The notes below the pieces were generated by a model. It saw only the letters and a program-made list of their open reading frames with translations. It did not search any database and was not told the origin of the DNA. From Malacoraja senta (taxonomy: Eukaryota), in contig JAXLNO010000438.1 in NCBI GenBank assembly GCA_038087875.1, forward strand, positions 248,001-312,000: a stretch of DNA of 64,000 nucleotides. The letters are read 5' to 3'. Position numbers and translations under genes: made by a program. Positions 24,801 to 37,404 of the stretch are shown here, one piece after another; position 1 is the first letter of the stretch, and each line of letters begins with the position of its first letter.

Positions 24801-25596
24801 GCGCCACAGTGGAGAGAGTGGAGAGCATAAAGTTCCTCGGGGTGCAAATTACGAACAGCCTCACCTGGTCCAGAAACACCACTGGGACCGTCAAAAGGGC
24901 CCATCAGCGACTGCACTTCCTGAGGAAACTAAAACAGGCCTCACTCCCCACCAACATCCTCAGGACTTTCTACAGGGGTACGGTGGAGTCTGTACTCACG
25001 TACTGTTTAAATACGTGGTACTCAACCTACAACTGCTCGGACAGGAAGGCTCTGCAGAGGGTAGTGAGGGGAGCAGAGAAGATCATTGGCATCTCCCTAC
25101 CCTCGGTACAAGAACTGTTCCTGAGCCGCTGTCGGAAAAAAGCCCAAAAAATTGCCAAGGACAAAATGCACCCCCTCCACATACACCTGGATCTCCTGCC
25201 ATCAGGCAAGAGATATCGCAGCATCAAAGCCCGGACTACAAGACTGCTAAACAGCTTCCTGCCATATGCTGTGAGGCTGCTAAACAGCCACTCTGTACTC
25301 AGTCACCTGATTCTGCGGCTTGGCACGGACACTATAATAACTGGCACTGGCCACTTCAATAACTGGCACTGGCCACTCAAATCAGCCACCCCGGACATGT
25401 TTATGATTGGCCTTACTGTATTTTAACGTTGTTTGTATCTATTTTAACTTATACTGTTCCATCAGGGACTGGATTGTTTTAGTGTTGTTATTATTATTAT
25501 TATTATGTGTGAAATGTTTTAAACGTATTTTCGTTTTGCACTGCACAACTGTTGCTTGCAAGATGACAATAAAGGAATTGAATTGAATTGAATTGA
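21831..25596 (+). mobile_element. Near full-length Rex1/Babar LINE (single APE-RT ORF), disabled
   Basis: [18 protein letters not shown]-terminus; [40 protein letters not shown] motifs; KFADGTT (catalytic D to G). Frameshifts near 22500, 23035 and 23245; (AATTG)n tail; AAAC at both junctions. Confidence 0.95.
21928..22332 (+). repeat. 15-bp minisatellite (GCAAAGTCAACGGC[A/T]) with codon-multiple variants, encoding (AAKST)n
   Basis: Read directly; ORF 21840-22631. Confidence 0.95.
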
Positions 25597-26629
25597 AAAC
25601 CCAGATCTGGTGCTGTAAGGCAGCAAATCTACCGCTGCAACACTGTGCCACCCTTTATTATTCAATGATAATAATTTATATTATTATATGTTAATCTTTC
25701 ATGTAGAAAAACGACCAAAGGTATTTCTGTGGCGCTTTTGAAGTGAAAGATTAGAATTAGAATGTATTTTCAAAGTTTTATCAAAGAAATATGTTAAGAC
25801 GGGTCAAGATTGGAGAGTGGTCCATAGAGTGTATGAGGTAAGAAAATCCTGAGCTAGAAAGGCACAGAATTTTGCTTGCTGTGAGAAAATGTACAGATGT
25901 AGGAAAGAGCAAGGCTCTGAAGAATTTAAATAGTTCTGGAAAAGAAAGTTGGCAGCAAATTTTTGAATGAACATGAAGACATTGATAAAAGTAACACTAG
26001 TAGGATTATCATTGGAATAGTCAGGTCTGGAGATTTCAGGGGTATTTTTTCAATCAGTTTATGTTTGGGATACAAATGCTGCTTTACAGGAAACAATCTT
26101 TAGTTGAACTTTTGTTTTAATATTTGGCAATTTGGTCGTTTTCAGGAGCTAGGAATCTTAACCAGCATTACGCTGCCAAGCTATTTTAAGCGAAATTAGA
26201 AGCCAAAATATTTGACCGCAGAGATACATTATTTACACAAACTGAATTATAGTCTATCGTCTTGGATGCATGAACATATATGGTCAAAGAGAAACTGAGA
26301 AGCTTTCATATCCTAGCTGCTGATTTTTAATCTGTGTGTGAGATAAGAAAAAAAAAATCCAGAAATTATCCACACACTGACTTTGCAATTTTAATGTCCT
26401 GGCAAAGGGTGGACAATGGTAGCTGCAATAACAAGCACCTCAAAGAAAGGTTGAGCTGTACATTTATATTTCTGCTTTTGTCAGACAACATAAGTTGCTC
26501 AATTGCCTCAAAACCACCCAGAGAATTATTGGCACTGGTAAAATCGGTCATAAATCAGGCAGTAGACTTGTCAAAAGGAGTAGCTTACTGCAGGATTTTC
26601 TCCAGGACTGCAGCAGAAATTATGCTTCA

Positions 26630-27432
26630 TGTTCATAAGTGATAGGAGCAGAATTAGGCCATTAGGCCCATCAAGTCGACTCCGCCATTCGATCATGGCT
26701 GATCATTCGATCATATCCCTCCTAACCCCATTCTCCTGCCTTCTTCCCATAACCCCTGACACCTGGAGCGCCGGAGACCTGGGTTCGATCCCGACTATGG
26801 GTGCTGTCTGTACGGAGTTTGTACGTTCTCCCCGTGACCTGCGTGGGTTTTCTCTGAGATCTTCGGTTTCCTCCCACATTCCATAGATGTACAGGTATGT
26901 AGGTTAATTGGCTTGTTAAATGTGAAAATTGTCCCTCGTGTATGTAGGATAGTGTTAATATGTGGGGATCGCTGGTCAGCGCGGACCCGGTGGGCCGAAG
27001 GACCTGTTCCCCCGCTGTAACTCTAAACTAAACTAAACACCCGTACTAATCAAGAATCTATCCATCTCTGCTGTAAAAATATCCATTGACTTGGCTTCCA
27101 CAGCCTTCTGTGGCAATGAATTCCAGATTCACCACCCTCTGACTAAAGAAATTCCTCCTCATCTCCTTCCTAAAGGAACATCCTTTTATTCTGAGGCTAT
27201 GGCCTCTGCGCCTAGACTCTCCTACTAGTGGAAACAACCTCTCCACATCCACTCTAACCAAGCCTTTCACTATTCTGTAAATTTCAACGAGGTCCCTCTT
27301 CATTTTTCTAAACTCCGGCAGGCAGAGCCCCAGCGCCATCAAACGCTCATCATATGTTAACCCGCTCATTCCTGGGATCATTCCCGTAAACCTCCTCTGG
27401 ACCCTCTCCAGCACCAGCACATCCTTCCTCAG
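26630..27432 (-). mobile_element. CR1 3' fragment with a nested plus-strand SINE (26764-27038)
   Basis: ORF 27058-27459 encodes the CR1 C-terminus (VQRRFT, RGHSL, FSQRVVN); the SINE interrupts the 3' region. Confidence 0.85.
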
Positions 27433-27599
27433 AGTTAACTTTCCCGAGTTAACTTTCAAACTTTATTCGGATAACCATTAACGTAACTTGAAATTATCTT
27501 ACTTTTGAAGTCATGGTTAAAATTACAGATTTGTCACTAGATTTTTGAAATGGATATACAGCTGAGTGGAGGCAAAAGCTGAGATCAGTTTGTCTTTTT

Positions 27600-28950
27600 T
27601 TCACCAGTTCCTCTTTAGTCAGTGCAGTGACGATGGCGGTTGGGGCAGTGATGCGCTCCTTCTGCAGGATGTGGGAGATTAGGGAAACTTCCAGGGTCCC
27701 CGAGGACAAGACGTGTGGGAAATGCGCACAGCTGCAGCTCCTCACTGACCTCACGGGGAAAGTGGAACTGAACTGCAGATGGATGACCTCAGAATCACCT
27801 GAGATGCTGCAGGCTTTATAACTAACAGTTTTAGTGAGGTGATCTTGCCAAAGATGCAGGCAGAAAATAAATGGGTGACCACCAGGAAAAGTAAAGTATA
27901 ACTGACTTACCGATAGAAGTCAGAGGGTTGTGGTGGATGGACAATATTCAGGCTGGAGGTCATTTCCAAAGGAATTCCACTGGGACCTCTGTTGTTGGTG
28001 ATTTATATAAATGACGTGGACATAAATGGAGAAAATGGAGTTGGATTGGACACACCCTCAGGAAACCTACCACAAACATCACCTGGCAAGCCCTGAAATG
28101 GAAACCCCAAGGAAAAAGGAAAAGAGGTCGCCCCAGGAACAGCTGGAGAAGAGGTGTCCAGACAGAAATGTCTGAGAGTGGGCTCAACTGGGGAGATCTT
28201 GAAAGAACTGGCAACAACCGAGTGAGGTGGAGAACATTTGTCAATGGCCTATGCTCCCTGGAGGAGCAAAGGGCTTAAGAAGAGAAGACATAAATGGAGA
28301 TGGGGTGATTAATAAGTTTGCAAATGGCACCGAGATGTTGTGGACCCCAGATCAGCTACAGAAATGGGCAGAGAAACGGCAGATGGAGCTTAATCTGAGC
28401 AAGTGTGAAATGTTGGCACTTTGGGAGTTCAAGTACCAGTGGAAAATATACAATTAATGGCAAGACCCTAAACAGCACTGATGTACAGAGGGATCTTGGG
28501 GTCCATGTCCTTAACTCTAGGAAGATGGCAACACGGATAGATAAGGCATGTGGTATGCTTGTCTTCATTTGTCAGGGCACTTAGTATGAGCCATGAAGTC
28601 ATGATGCAGCTTTGTAGGACTTTGGTTTGGCCGCATTTGGAATATTGGGTGCAATACAGGAAGGATGTGGAAGATTGGGAAAAAGTGCAGATGCGGTTTA
28701 TCAGAATTATGCCTGGATTCGAGGTTATTAGCTACAAAGACAAGTTGGACAGACTTAGATTATTTTCTCTAGAATGCCAGAGGTTGTGGGGACACCTGAT
28801 AGAAGCATATAAAATTGTGACAGGCATAGATAGGGTAGACAGTCGGTACCTTTTTTCCCCAGGATGGAAATATCAAATACTAGAAGGCATAGCTGCAAAG
28901 TGAGAGGGGAAAAGTTTATAGGAGATGTGCGGGACAAGTTTTTTTTCAAG
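27600..28950 (+). mobile_element. Old internally deleted CR1 (ORF1 zinc finger joined to RT remnant)
   Basis: FCRMWE...CGKCAQL is followed within about 250 bp by RSQRVVVDG, KFANGT and PHLEYWVQ. Confidence 0.75.
28033..28286 (+). mobile_element. 5'-truncated RTE/RTE-X LINE 3' end with 14-bp TSD
   Basis: KWSWIGHTLRK...QGKRKRGRPRNSWRR; TSD GACATAAATGGAGA at 28019-28032 and 28287-28300. Confidence 0.85.
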
Positions 28951-29307
28951 AAGGGGCATCTTGGTCACCATGGATGAGTTGGGCCAAAGGACTTGTTTCC
29001 TTGCTGTATTACTCTGTAAGAGTTTAAATCTTAGAAAAAAATGATGGATTATGTAGTATTTCATTCAAAGGGAATTTTCTATACTAGAGGAAAACTATAA
29101 AAAGACCAATTCTAATGTTGATATTATGAATAAATACTTAATTTTAAAGTAATCAAAACAATGGTTCCAGTTTGAATATTGTTCTTCCAAAGCTATAGAT
29201 CAAAGGTGGATAAATGGGATTAGTACAATGATTTACATTGACAATTCTGTGCTTTATGACTCTCCTTACAACCCATGACCTAACGTACTTCAGTGTATAG
29301 ATATGGA

Positions 29308-29479
29308 CATAGATACATAGAAACATAGAAAATAGGTGCAGGAGTAGGCCATTCGGCCCTTCAAGCCTGCACCGCCATTCAATATGATCATGGCTGATCA
29401 TCCAACTCAGTATCCCGTACCTGCCTTCTCTCCAGGTACGGGATACTGAGTTGGATGATCAGCCATGATCATATTGAAT
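29308..29479 (-). mobile_element. Short CR1 3' end with a 5' inversion (47-bp perfect palindrome)
   Basis: Same 3' end as the young CR1; arms at 29377-29423 and 29433-29479. Confidence 0.9.
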
Positions 29480-29586
29480 CACATGGAAACCAGACATGGA
29501 GAAATGAACAATTCATATTTTTTAAATGTCTTTCCAGACTTCTGGACATTCCAGATCTCTTTACAGCAAGCATTTTTCAAATGTGC

Positions 29587-31059
29587 ACATAGATACATAG
29601 ATAGATAGAAAATAAGTGCAGGAGTAGGCCATTCGGCCCTTCGAGCCTGCACCGCCATTCAATATGATCATGGCTGATCATCCAACTCAGTATCCCGTAC
29701 CGGCCTTCTCTCCATACCCCCTGATCCCCTTAACCACAAGGGCCACATCTAACTCCCTCTTAAATATAGCCAATGAACTGGCCTCAACTACCCTCTGTGG
29801 CAGAGAGTTCCAGAGATTCACCACTCTCTGTGTGAAAAAGTTTTTCCTCATCTCGGTCTTAAAGGATTTCCCCCTTATCCTTAAGCTGTGACCCCTTGTC
29901 CTGGACTTCCCCAACATCGGGAACAATCTTCCTGCATCTAGCCTGTCCAACCGCATAAGAATTTTGTACGTTTCTATAAGATCCCCTCTCAATCTCCTAA
30001 ATTCTAGCGAGTATAAGCCAAGTCTATCCAGTCTTTCTTCATATGAAAGTCCTGACATCCCAGGAATCAGTCTGGTGAACCTTCTCTGCACTCCCTCTAT
30101 GGCTATAATGTCCTTCCTCAGATTTGGAGACCAAAACTGTACGCAATACTCCAGGTGTGGTCTCACCAAGACCCTGTACAACTGCAGTAGAACCTCCCTG
30201 CTCCTATACTCAAATCCTCTTGCTATGAAGGCCAACATACCATTCGCTTTCTTCACTGCCTGCTGCACCTGCATGCCTACTTTCAATGACTGGTGTACCA
30301 TGACACCCAGGTCTCGCTGCATCTCCCCATTTCCTAATCGGCCACCATTTAGATAATAGTCTGCTTTCCTGTTTTTGCCACCAAAGTGGATAACCTCACA
30401 TTTATCCACATTATACTGCATCTGCCAAACATTTGCCCACTCACCCAGCCTATCCAAGTCACCTTGCAGTCTCCTAGCATCCTCCTCACAGCTAACACTG
30501 CCCCCCAGCTTAGTGTCATCCGCAAACTTGGAGATGTTGCTTTCAATTCCCTCGTCCAGATCATTAATATAAATTGTAAATAGCTGGGGTCCCAGCACTG
30601 AGCCTTGCGGTACCCCACTAGTCACTGCCTGCCATTGTGAAAAGGACCCGTTTACTCCTACTCTTTGCTTCCTGTTTGCCAGCCAGTTCTCTATCCACAT
30701 CAATACTGAACCCCCAATACCGTGTGATTTAAGTTTGTATCCTAATCTCTTATGTGGTACCTTGTCGAAAGCCTTCTGAAAGTCCAGATACAACACATCC
30801 ACTGGTTCTCCCTTATCCACTTTACTAGTTACATCCTCGAAAAATTCTATAAGATTCGTCAGACACGATTTACCTTTCGTAAATCCATGCTGACTTTGTC
30901 CAATGATTTCACCACTTTCCAAATGTGCTGCTATCCCATCTTTAATAACTGACTCTAGCAGTTTCCCCACTACCGATGTTAGACTAACTGGTCTGTAATT
31001 CCCTGTTTTCTCTCTCCCTCCCTTCTTAAAAAGTGGGGTTACGTTTGCTACCCTCCAAT
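29587..31059 (-). mobile_element. 5'-truncated young CR1 with an open RT frame (427 aa), near-identical to 10174-11637
   Basis: ORF 29687-30970 is stop-free with YLDFQKAFD and KFADD, followed by the same tail. Confidence 0.97.
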
Positions 31060-31800
31060 GCAGCCGTCAATTTATGCAGTTTCTGCTTCAAATAGTAATC
31101 AAATGATAATTAAACAGCCTGTTCATGATGATGTTGACTGAGGAATAAATATTGGCCAGCATCCGGTGATAACTTTTTCACTGTACGTGGACATGAAAGA
31201 TCTCACATCACGAGATCTTTCATGCCCTCTCCCGTCTCCTACACTCCCCCCTCCCTGAGGGCAAAGGGACACTGTTTTAAATCACATCCAAAAGTCAGCA
31301 AGTCCGATAATAGACCACAATGCGCATTTTGTCATGCTGTGACTTGTTAGTGTGTTGACACTGTCATTGTAGATAAGGTAAGGCCTTGTTCTAGTGCGCT
31401 AGCAGTTGGGAAATTTAATGAGTAACTATGTTAATATCAGTGTAGATGGATGGTTTTAAGGTTATTACAGTGCAATAACCCGAAGCATCACTGTTAATTA
31501 TTAATTCCAAGGTTATTACAAAAAATAATTGTGGCAAACATAGAAAACTGGTGTTATATTTCTGCTGGATTCAGAAAGATAATGCTGTGAAAAAGATTTT
31601 TTTTACAAGGACATTTATCTCTTTGAGCTGGTGAAAACAACTGAATTTACAGTCAGCAAGGATCATAAAAGGTAAAATTGGATTCACAGTCATAATGTTT
31701 ATTGGAATATTAGAATTGTAATGATCCACCACTTCAGTCTTACTAGAATGGTGCGAGAGATTAGGGTGAAAATAGTTCAACGAATATTCAGATCTCAACA

Positions 31801-32002
31801 GGTCGACACAAAATGCTGGAGTAACTCAGCGGGACAGGCAGCATCTCTGGATAGAAGGAATGGATGATGTTTTGGGTCGAGACCCTTCTTCAGAAACATC
31901 ACCCATTCCTTCTCTCCAGAGATGCTGCCTGTCCCGCTGAGTCACTCCAGCATTTTGTGTCTACATTTGATTTAAACCAGCATCTACAGTGCTTCCCTAC
32001 AC
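31801..32002. mobile_element. Fold-back Penelope-derived element with 15-bp TSD
   Basis: TSD ATTCAGATCTCAACA at 31786-31800 and 32003-32017; inverted arms of about 68 bp. Confidence 0.85.
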
Positions 32003-32057
32003 ATTCAGATCTCAACATTGGACAGCAAAATTATTAATCTTTCCAGAAGTAACTTAC

Positions 32058-32192
32058 CGGATTCATTTTTCTCTATTACTTCCACGACTTGGCCTTGATA
32101 CAGACTAATCTCAGTGCTTTCCTGTTTCTCGTAGTTAGTCACTGCTACATACTGATCAAGGAAAAACTGGTCTGCGCATGTTCCATCTCCAC
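32058..32192 (-). CDS. SH3PXD2B: SH3PXD2B exon, first half of SH3 #1 ([44 protein letters not shown])
   Basis: Translated by hand (not in the ORF track). ccttgcag| acceptor, |gtaagt donor, 135 nt, phase 1-1; clear Tks4/Tks5 SH3 homology. Confidence 0.95.
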
Positions 32193-32925
32193 CTGCAAGG
32201 AAAGAATCAACCTTAGGAGAATAGCATCAAACAGGGAAAGGATCAACAATATTTTGGGCAGTCAGCAATAAAATGCCAGAGTTTTATTTTGCTCCAAGCA
32301 ACCATAATATGGATCTTATACGAATGTTTTCCTTAGCACACAAAGAGGGTCATAGCATTTTCTCCAAGGGGGTGCTCAAGTTGATCAGTCATTAACAGTG
32401 CCGTGTGACCTCAAAATGAGCAACAAGACTTCGAAGCTGTTGTCCAGAATTGACTGTTGATATTTTGAAAACACTTGTATCCTGCATATAGAAGCTCTGT
32501 ACTTTAAAAAAGATTACAATTCTTTTCCCATAATTAAAATTCTTACCATTTACAAATTAATTGTGACAACAAAGGACATTCCCACTAGTTTCATCCACAA
32601 TTTTGTTACATTCTTATTACTAAGAAACCACTCTTCACACGTGTCTAAATCAGCCTGGGTGCTGGAAATCCTCCTTGATTGGATAGGTACAGGCAATGGT
32701 ATCACCATCTTGAATGAAACTGGAGAACCTTGAACACCAGGCAGATGAAGGGAAAAGCTTGGAATTCCAGGGAGCTCTGTCACTACCTGTGACTTGGCTC
32801 TTCTGACTATAGCCCGCTCAGCACTTGGTATATTCAGGGCAATCCAATTTAACACCGGGCTTCTTATTTGCAAACACAAAGAAATGCAGTACTTTTTCCA
32901 ATCATCGACTCCAGTTGCCCATTTT

Positions 32926-33207
32926 GTGGTGGCACAGTGGCATAGCGGTAGAGCCTTGCAGCGCCAGAGATCTGGGTTCGAACCTGACCATGGGTGCTGA
33001 CCTTACGGAGTTTGTACGTTCTCCCCGTGACCTGCATGGGGTTTCTCCGAGATCTCCGGTTTCCTCCCACACTCCAAAGACGTATAGGTTTTTAAGTTAA
33101 TTGGCTTGGTATGAATGTAAAATTGTCCCTAATGTATGTAGGGTAGTGTTAATGTGCGGGTATCACTAGTTGGTGTCTGTTTCCGCGCTGCATCTCTAAA
33201 ACTAAAA
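32926..33207 (+). mobile_element. tRNA-derived SINE
   Basis: A-box and B-box (GGTTCGAACC), conserved body, ctaaa tail. Confidence 0.85.
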
Positions 33208-33899
33208 AATGGCAAATTATGCACTGAAAATGCACTTTCTGGCTGTTAATATTGATATCTCGGACACTTACTAATGTCTTACAAAATAACATCCAATTAC
33301 CATTCAACCTTTTAGCCAGTGCATGTTCTTTATTGGTGTTATGATGGATAAATTAGATTTACAGTTTGCGCTTTAGAAGGACTATCCAATTTCCAATTAT
33401 CTTTTCAAACCACCACTCAATTTTCCATCTTTTCAACATGGATCTTTGATACCCTTTATATTAAAATCCTCTTCTCTAGTCGTCCCGGTCTTGCATTCAT
33501 GTTACATCTCAATGAATTGTTCTGCATCATATTCATGTCTTTAAGATTCTCCTTGGAAACTATCACACGGGTAAATTAATGATTCAATGTTCCATGCTCC
33601 TAACTACCAAACCCTGCATGCCATGCGCTTGTTTTTAAATACGATTTATCCTCTCATTTTTAAAGAAATCTATCTTAACCATTTTGAGGGTCCAAGAAGT
33701 TATGGGGCATACCTCATTGATCAGGTTCCCTCTCCCCAGAATAGCTCTGTGCACTGTGCATCCTAGAAGCCAACGATGTAACTGACCCAAAGAGCAATAG
33801 GGTCTCAGTGAAGCAATCCCTCTTTCATCTCCTAATCATTTAATGTCAATCAAACCCATTAGCACAGGTCTAAGACTCTTTATCAGAGTAATTGTAGTA

Positions 33900-34980
33900 G
33901 GGGGAAGAATGCTAGAAAATAGCTGGGTTGGGACAATATCTAACTAATGATAGGCAGATAAAGAGGGGTGGAAAAAGCTCAAAAAGAATACAAAAGGGCA
34001 TAAGATAAGGAGAAGAGTGAAATGTGAAGCCAGAGGAAGGATAACAGATGGAAGGGGACGGAGGGGAGGGAAGGGGGGGGGAGGGAAAAGGTGGGCGGGA
34101 TAATAGGAGAAATAGGTGTGTGCATCTGGTGGGGGGGGGGGGGTGAGTGGGCACAGTGAGGAGAGGTGAGAGGAGGGAAAAGAGGGGTGGGGGGTGGGTT
34201 GTTCTCTAATATTGGAGAATTCAATGTTCATACTGTTGGGTTGTAAGCTATCGAAGTGGAAAATGAGGTACAGTTCCTCCAGTTTGTGTGTGGTCTCATT
34301 TTGGCAATGGAGGAGACCCAGGACTGAAAGGTCAGTATGGGAATGGGAAGGGCAGTTAAAATGGTTAGCAAACAGGAGATCCAGACCAAGCACACGTGTT
34401 CAGCAAAACAGTTGCCTAGTCTACGCTCAGTCACCCAATGTAAAGGAGACCACATTGGGAGCACCAAATGCAGTAGATGAGGTTGGAGGTGCATATGAAC
34501 CTGTGAACACCTGGCAGGGCTGCTGGCATCTCTGGTTAGATGCGAAGGAGGAGGTAGAGGGATTGGTGTTACACCTACTGAGGTTGCAGAGGAAAGTACC
34601 CAGGAGGGGGACAGTTGGGGGGAGAAGGGATGAATGAAGCAAGGAGTTGCAGAGGTAGCCGTCTCCATGGAAAGAAGAAACAGGTGGGATGGGAATGGGA
34701 AGTGGGTGGGTGGTTGAAGGTAGCAGAAATGTCAGAGAATGATGTGTTGGATGCGGAGGCTGGTGGGGTGAAAGATAAGGGCCCGGGGATCTCTGTCCTT
34801 GTTCCATCTGGGGTGAGAAGGAGCAAGAGCTGAACCACAGGACACAGAGCAGTTAGGAGCAGTTGTGGCAAAGAAGGAGAAATTAAGAGGATGGGATGGT
34901 GTCTTTGCACGAGGCAGGGTGGGAGGAGTTATAATCCAGATACCTGTGGTTGTCAGTGGGTTTATAGTAGACATCGATCA
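33900..34980 (-). mobile_element. Penelope-like element remnant (RT C-terminus plus GIY-YIG endonuclease)
   Basis: Frameshifted TERRLGNCFAEH and NHFNCPSHSHTDLSVLGLLHC...NIEFSN. Confidence 0.8.
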
Positions 34981-35029
34981 ACTGCACTACTTACTGCTGT
35001 TCAGTATTACACTAATGAATCTCTGGTTG

Positions 35030-35585
35030 GCCTCATGGGTAGAAGCCTGGGTCAGGCGAAACGGCCGATGGAGCCCGCGGCTGGAGCACAGGTCGGCACC
35101 AAGGAGGAGTGAAGTGGGGCGTCGACAGGGGCGAGGCCTCGGCGGCGGCAACAGTGAAGCCTCATGACGATGGGGCCTCGGCGGTGGTGAAGCTTCGCGA
35201 CGGCGGCGATGCCTTGCGGGTCGACACGCGGTCGATGATCGATGAGAGCGTGGAGAACCACCGTGACGGGGGAGGGGAAGAACAATGGAGGACCCGGCTT
35301 GGGGGGGGACAGCCGTGAGGGGAGAGTGGAAGAACAATGGACAATGGGAGGGGGGTGGGGGGGGGACACAAAGGACAATGGGGACCCGGAGCGGGGGAAC
35401 TGTGTGGTGGGGGGAGGGGGGACAAAAGGGGGAGCCGCCATGCTTTGTAACTTTGTCAGCGCTGTAGGTGGCTGCTATTTGTATACATTGTGTATGCAAG
35501 CAAAGAATCTCACTGTGCTTAGTATTCCTATTCTCTGATGACATGTTGCAAAAACACAAGTATTCGGAATATAATTCAATTTCCA
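35030..35585 (+). mobile_element. CpG-rich non-autonomous LINE-tailed repeat
   Basis: GC-rich body, G-rich aacaatggagg/acaatgggag repeats and a Rex-like 3' end; related to 37405-38055. Confidence 0.55.
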
Positions 35586-37404
35586 TTGATGTTTAAAATA
35601 TTATGATTAAATCTTCAGATAAGACCGACCCTATTTCCCTCAGCATTCTTGATCCACATCATCAGTGCATTTCATGATGCTTAGCTGGGTTACTTCCTGA
35701 ACTTCTCTCATCCAAATCATACCCTTTTTTCCAGTACTGGTTCATATTCACCACATTCTTGGTGATTTTTGCCAAAATATTTAACTAGTACCGCCACTAT
35801 TTCTTCTAATCTCTATAAGATAATTAATTCAATTTTGGCTGTGGCAGCCAAAAGAAAGAGGTACCCAGTCCCATAATTCCAACTCGATTCAGAACCCTGC
35901 AATCATAGCTTTTCAAGTTATTGGAGGTTGTACTTGCCCATAAAAAAATTGTGGCTGCACTCCAAAAGTAATCAAATGGTTCAATGTTTTGACCATGTTG
36001 GAGTTGGGATAATTAACCATCTAGTTATACATGGCTATTGAGACAGATTTAGCATGAGTACATTCTGCCAAAAAGAGCCAGTACCACAGATGATTAATGT
36101 ACAACAAACACTCCTCAAAATTTTTCATCTGCTTCACTTATGTCCTGTAGTGAAGGAAATCTAATGTCCTTGCCCTATCTGGCTTAAATGTGACTTCAAA
36201 CCCAAAGTATTAAATTACATTGGCTTCTGCAATGCAAACCATTAAGTCATACCAAGCAACCACAACAAAGTGTAATGAAATTAGGACTAAATGGACCATA
36301 CAGCATCAACTTGGCATAGTGCTGAGACACAGCGAAGAAGCATCATTAGCATTGATCACATGATAATTTTGTGCTGGCCTACAAATTAGTCAAGGAAGAT
36401 TCTGATAGTATATCCACAGAATTTGTCCTTTCTCCCAATATCCCGCACTCAGTGATAATTCAACAGTTATATTCAGTCCTATTGGCAGGCAGATCCATCA
36501 GACATACGAACAGTCAACATGGAGTGACCATGGGAGGTTGTAACATTCACCCCACACACTATGATGTCTTAATGGTATCTGCAAACACTGACAAGGTAAA
36601 GTCATGATGATGACTATCTGTCATATTTCCTTTGATAAAAATAACTGTTCCACGTTTGAATACCATTTGGACAAAGGTTTGCAAAAGCAAAGAAAGCTTT
36701 CTGGGTTGAGAATTTAGACATCTATCATCAACTCAGTACCACCGCTATTCAATACACTGGCTGACCTGAAGGATGTGGTTACCAAAATGGAACAGGGGCA
36801 ATTAATTAGAGAACCAATACAAGAATACAACTTCCTTCCCCGTGTCCACAAATTGACTAATGGGTTAATCTCAGACAATTTTGGAAGGGATAATCCACAT
36901 TAAATCCTGTCAGGGACAAAAGCTTGCCTTCATATTAAGGACACCTTAATATGGACACCTTCATATTAAGGACACCTGCTATCTATTAGATAACAGATCT
37001 ATCATGGTAAATGGGATAATAATAATAATAATGAATTTTATTTACTGCTCAAAATTAAGTACATGGGAGGTGTTGCAGACAATTAGAAGTTTTTCTCTCA
37101 CTCTATTGTTACAATTGTGACAGGAGATGATATTTGGTAAAATTGAGATCAACTGCATAGAATAGTATCATGCCTCACACAAAGGAAGATGATAGTGGTT
37201 AATGGAGGCCAATATTTTCATTTCCAGGTGGCAATCACCAAACAGATTCAGTCATCATCAAATATGCTAATGGAAATGTCCACTGATTTTCTCTTTACCA
37301 ATTTCATGGAAAATTAAACACCTTACACTCGCATTTATCAAACCCTACACACCATTGAAGAGTTTGATTATTGGCATGTAACAAAGAAAGTATATTTGGC
37401 CACT

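Noticed and set aside
23300..25426. 708-aa ORF as an active or domesticated reverse transcriptase
   Set aside because: The catalytic motif reads FADG and the endonuclease is frameshifted; best explained as a young dead Rex1 copy.
32926..33010. tRNA-like A/B boxes (also near 44420 and elsewhere)
   Set aside because: These are SINE heads continuing into the shared SINE body; no cloverleaf, so not tRNA genes.
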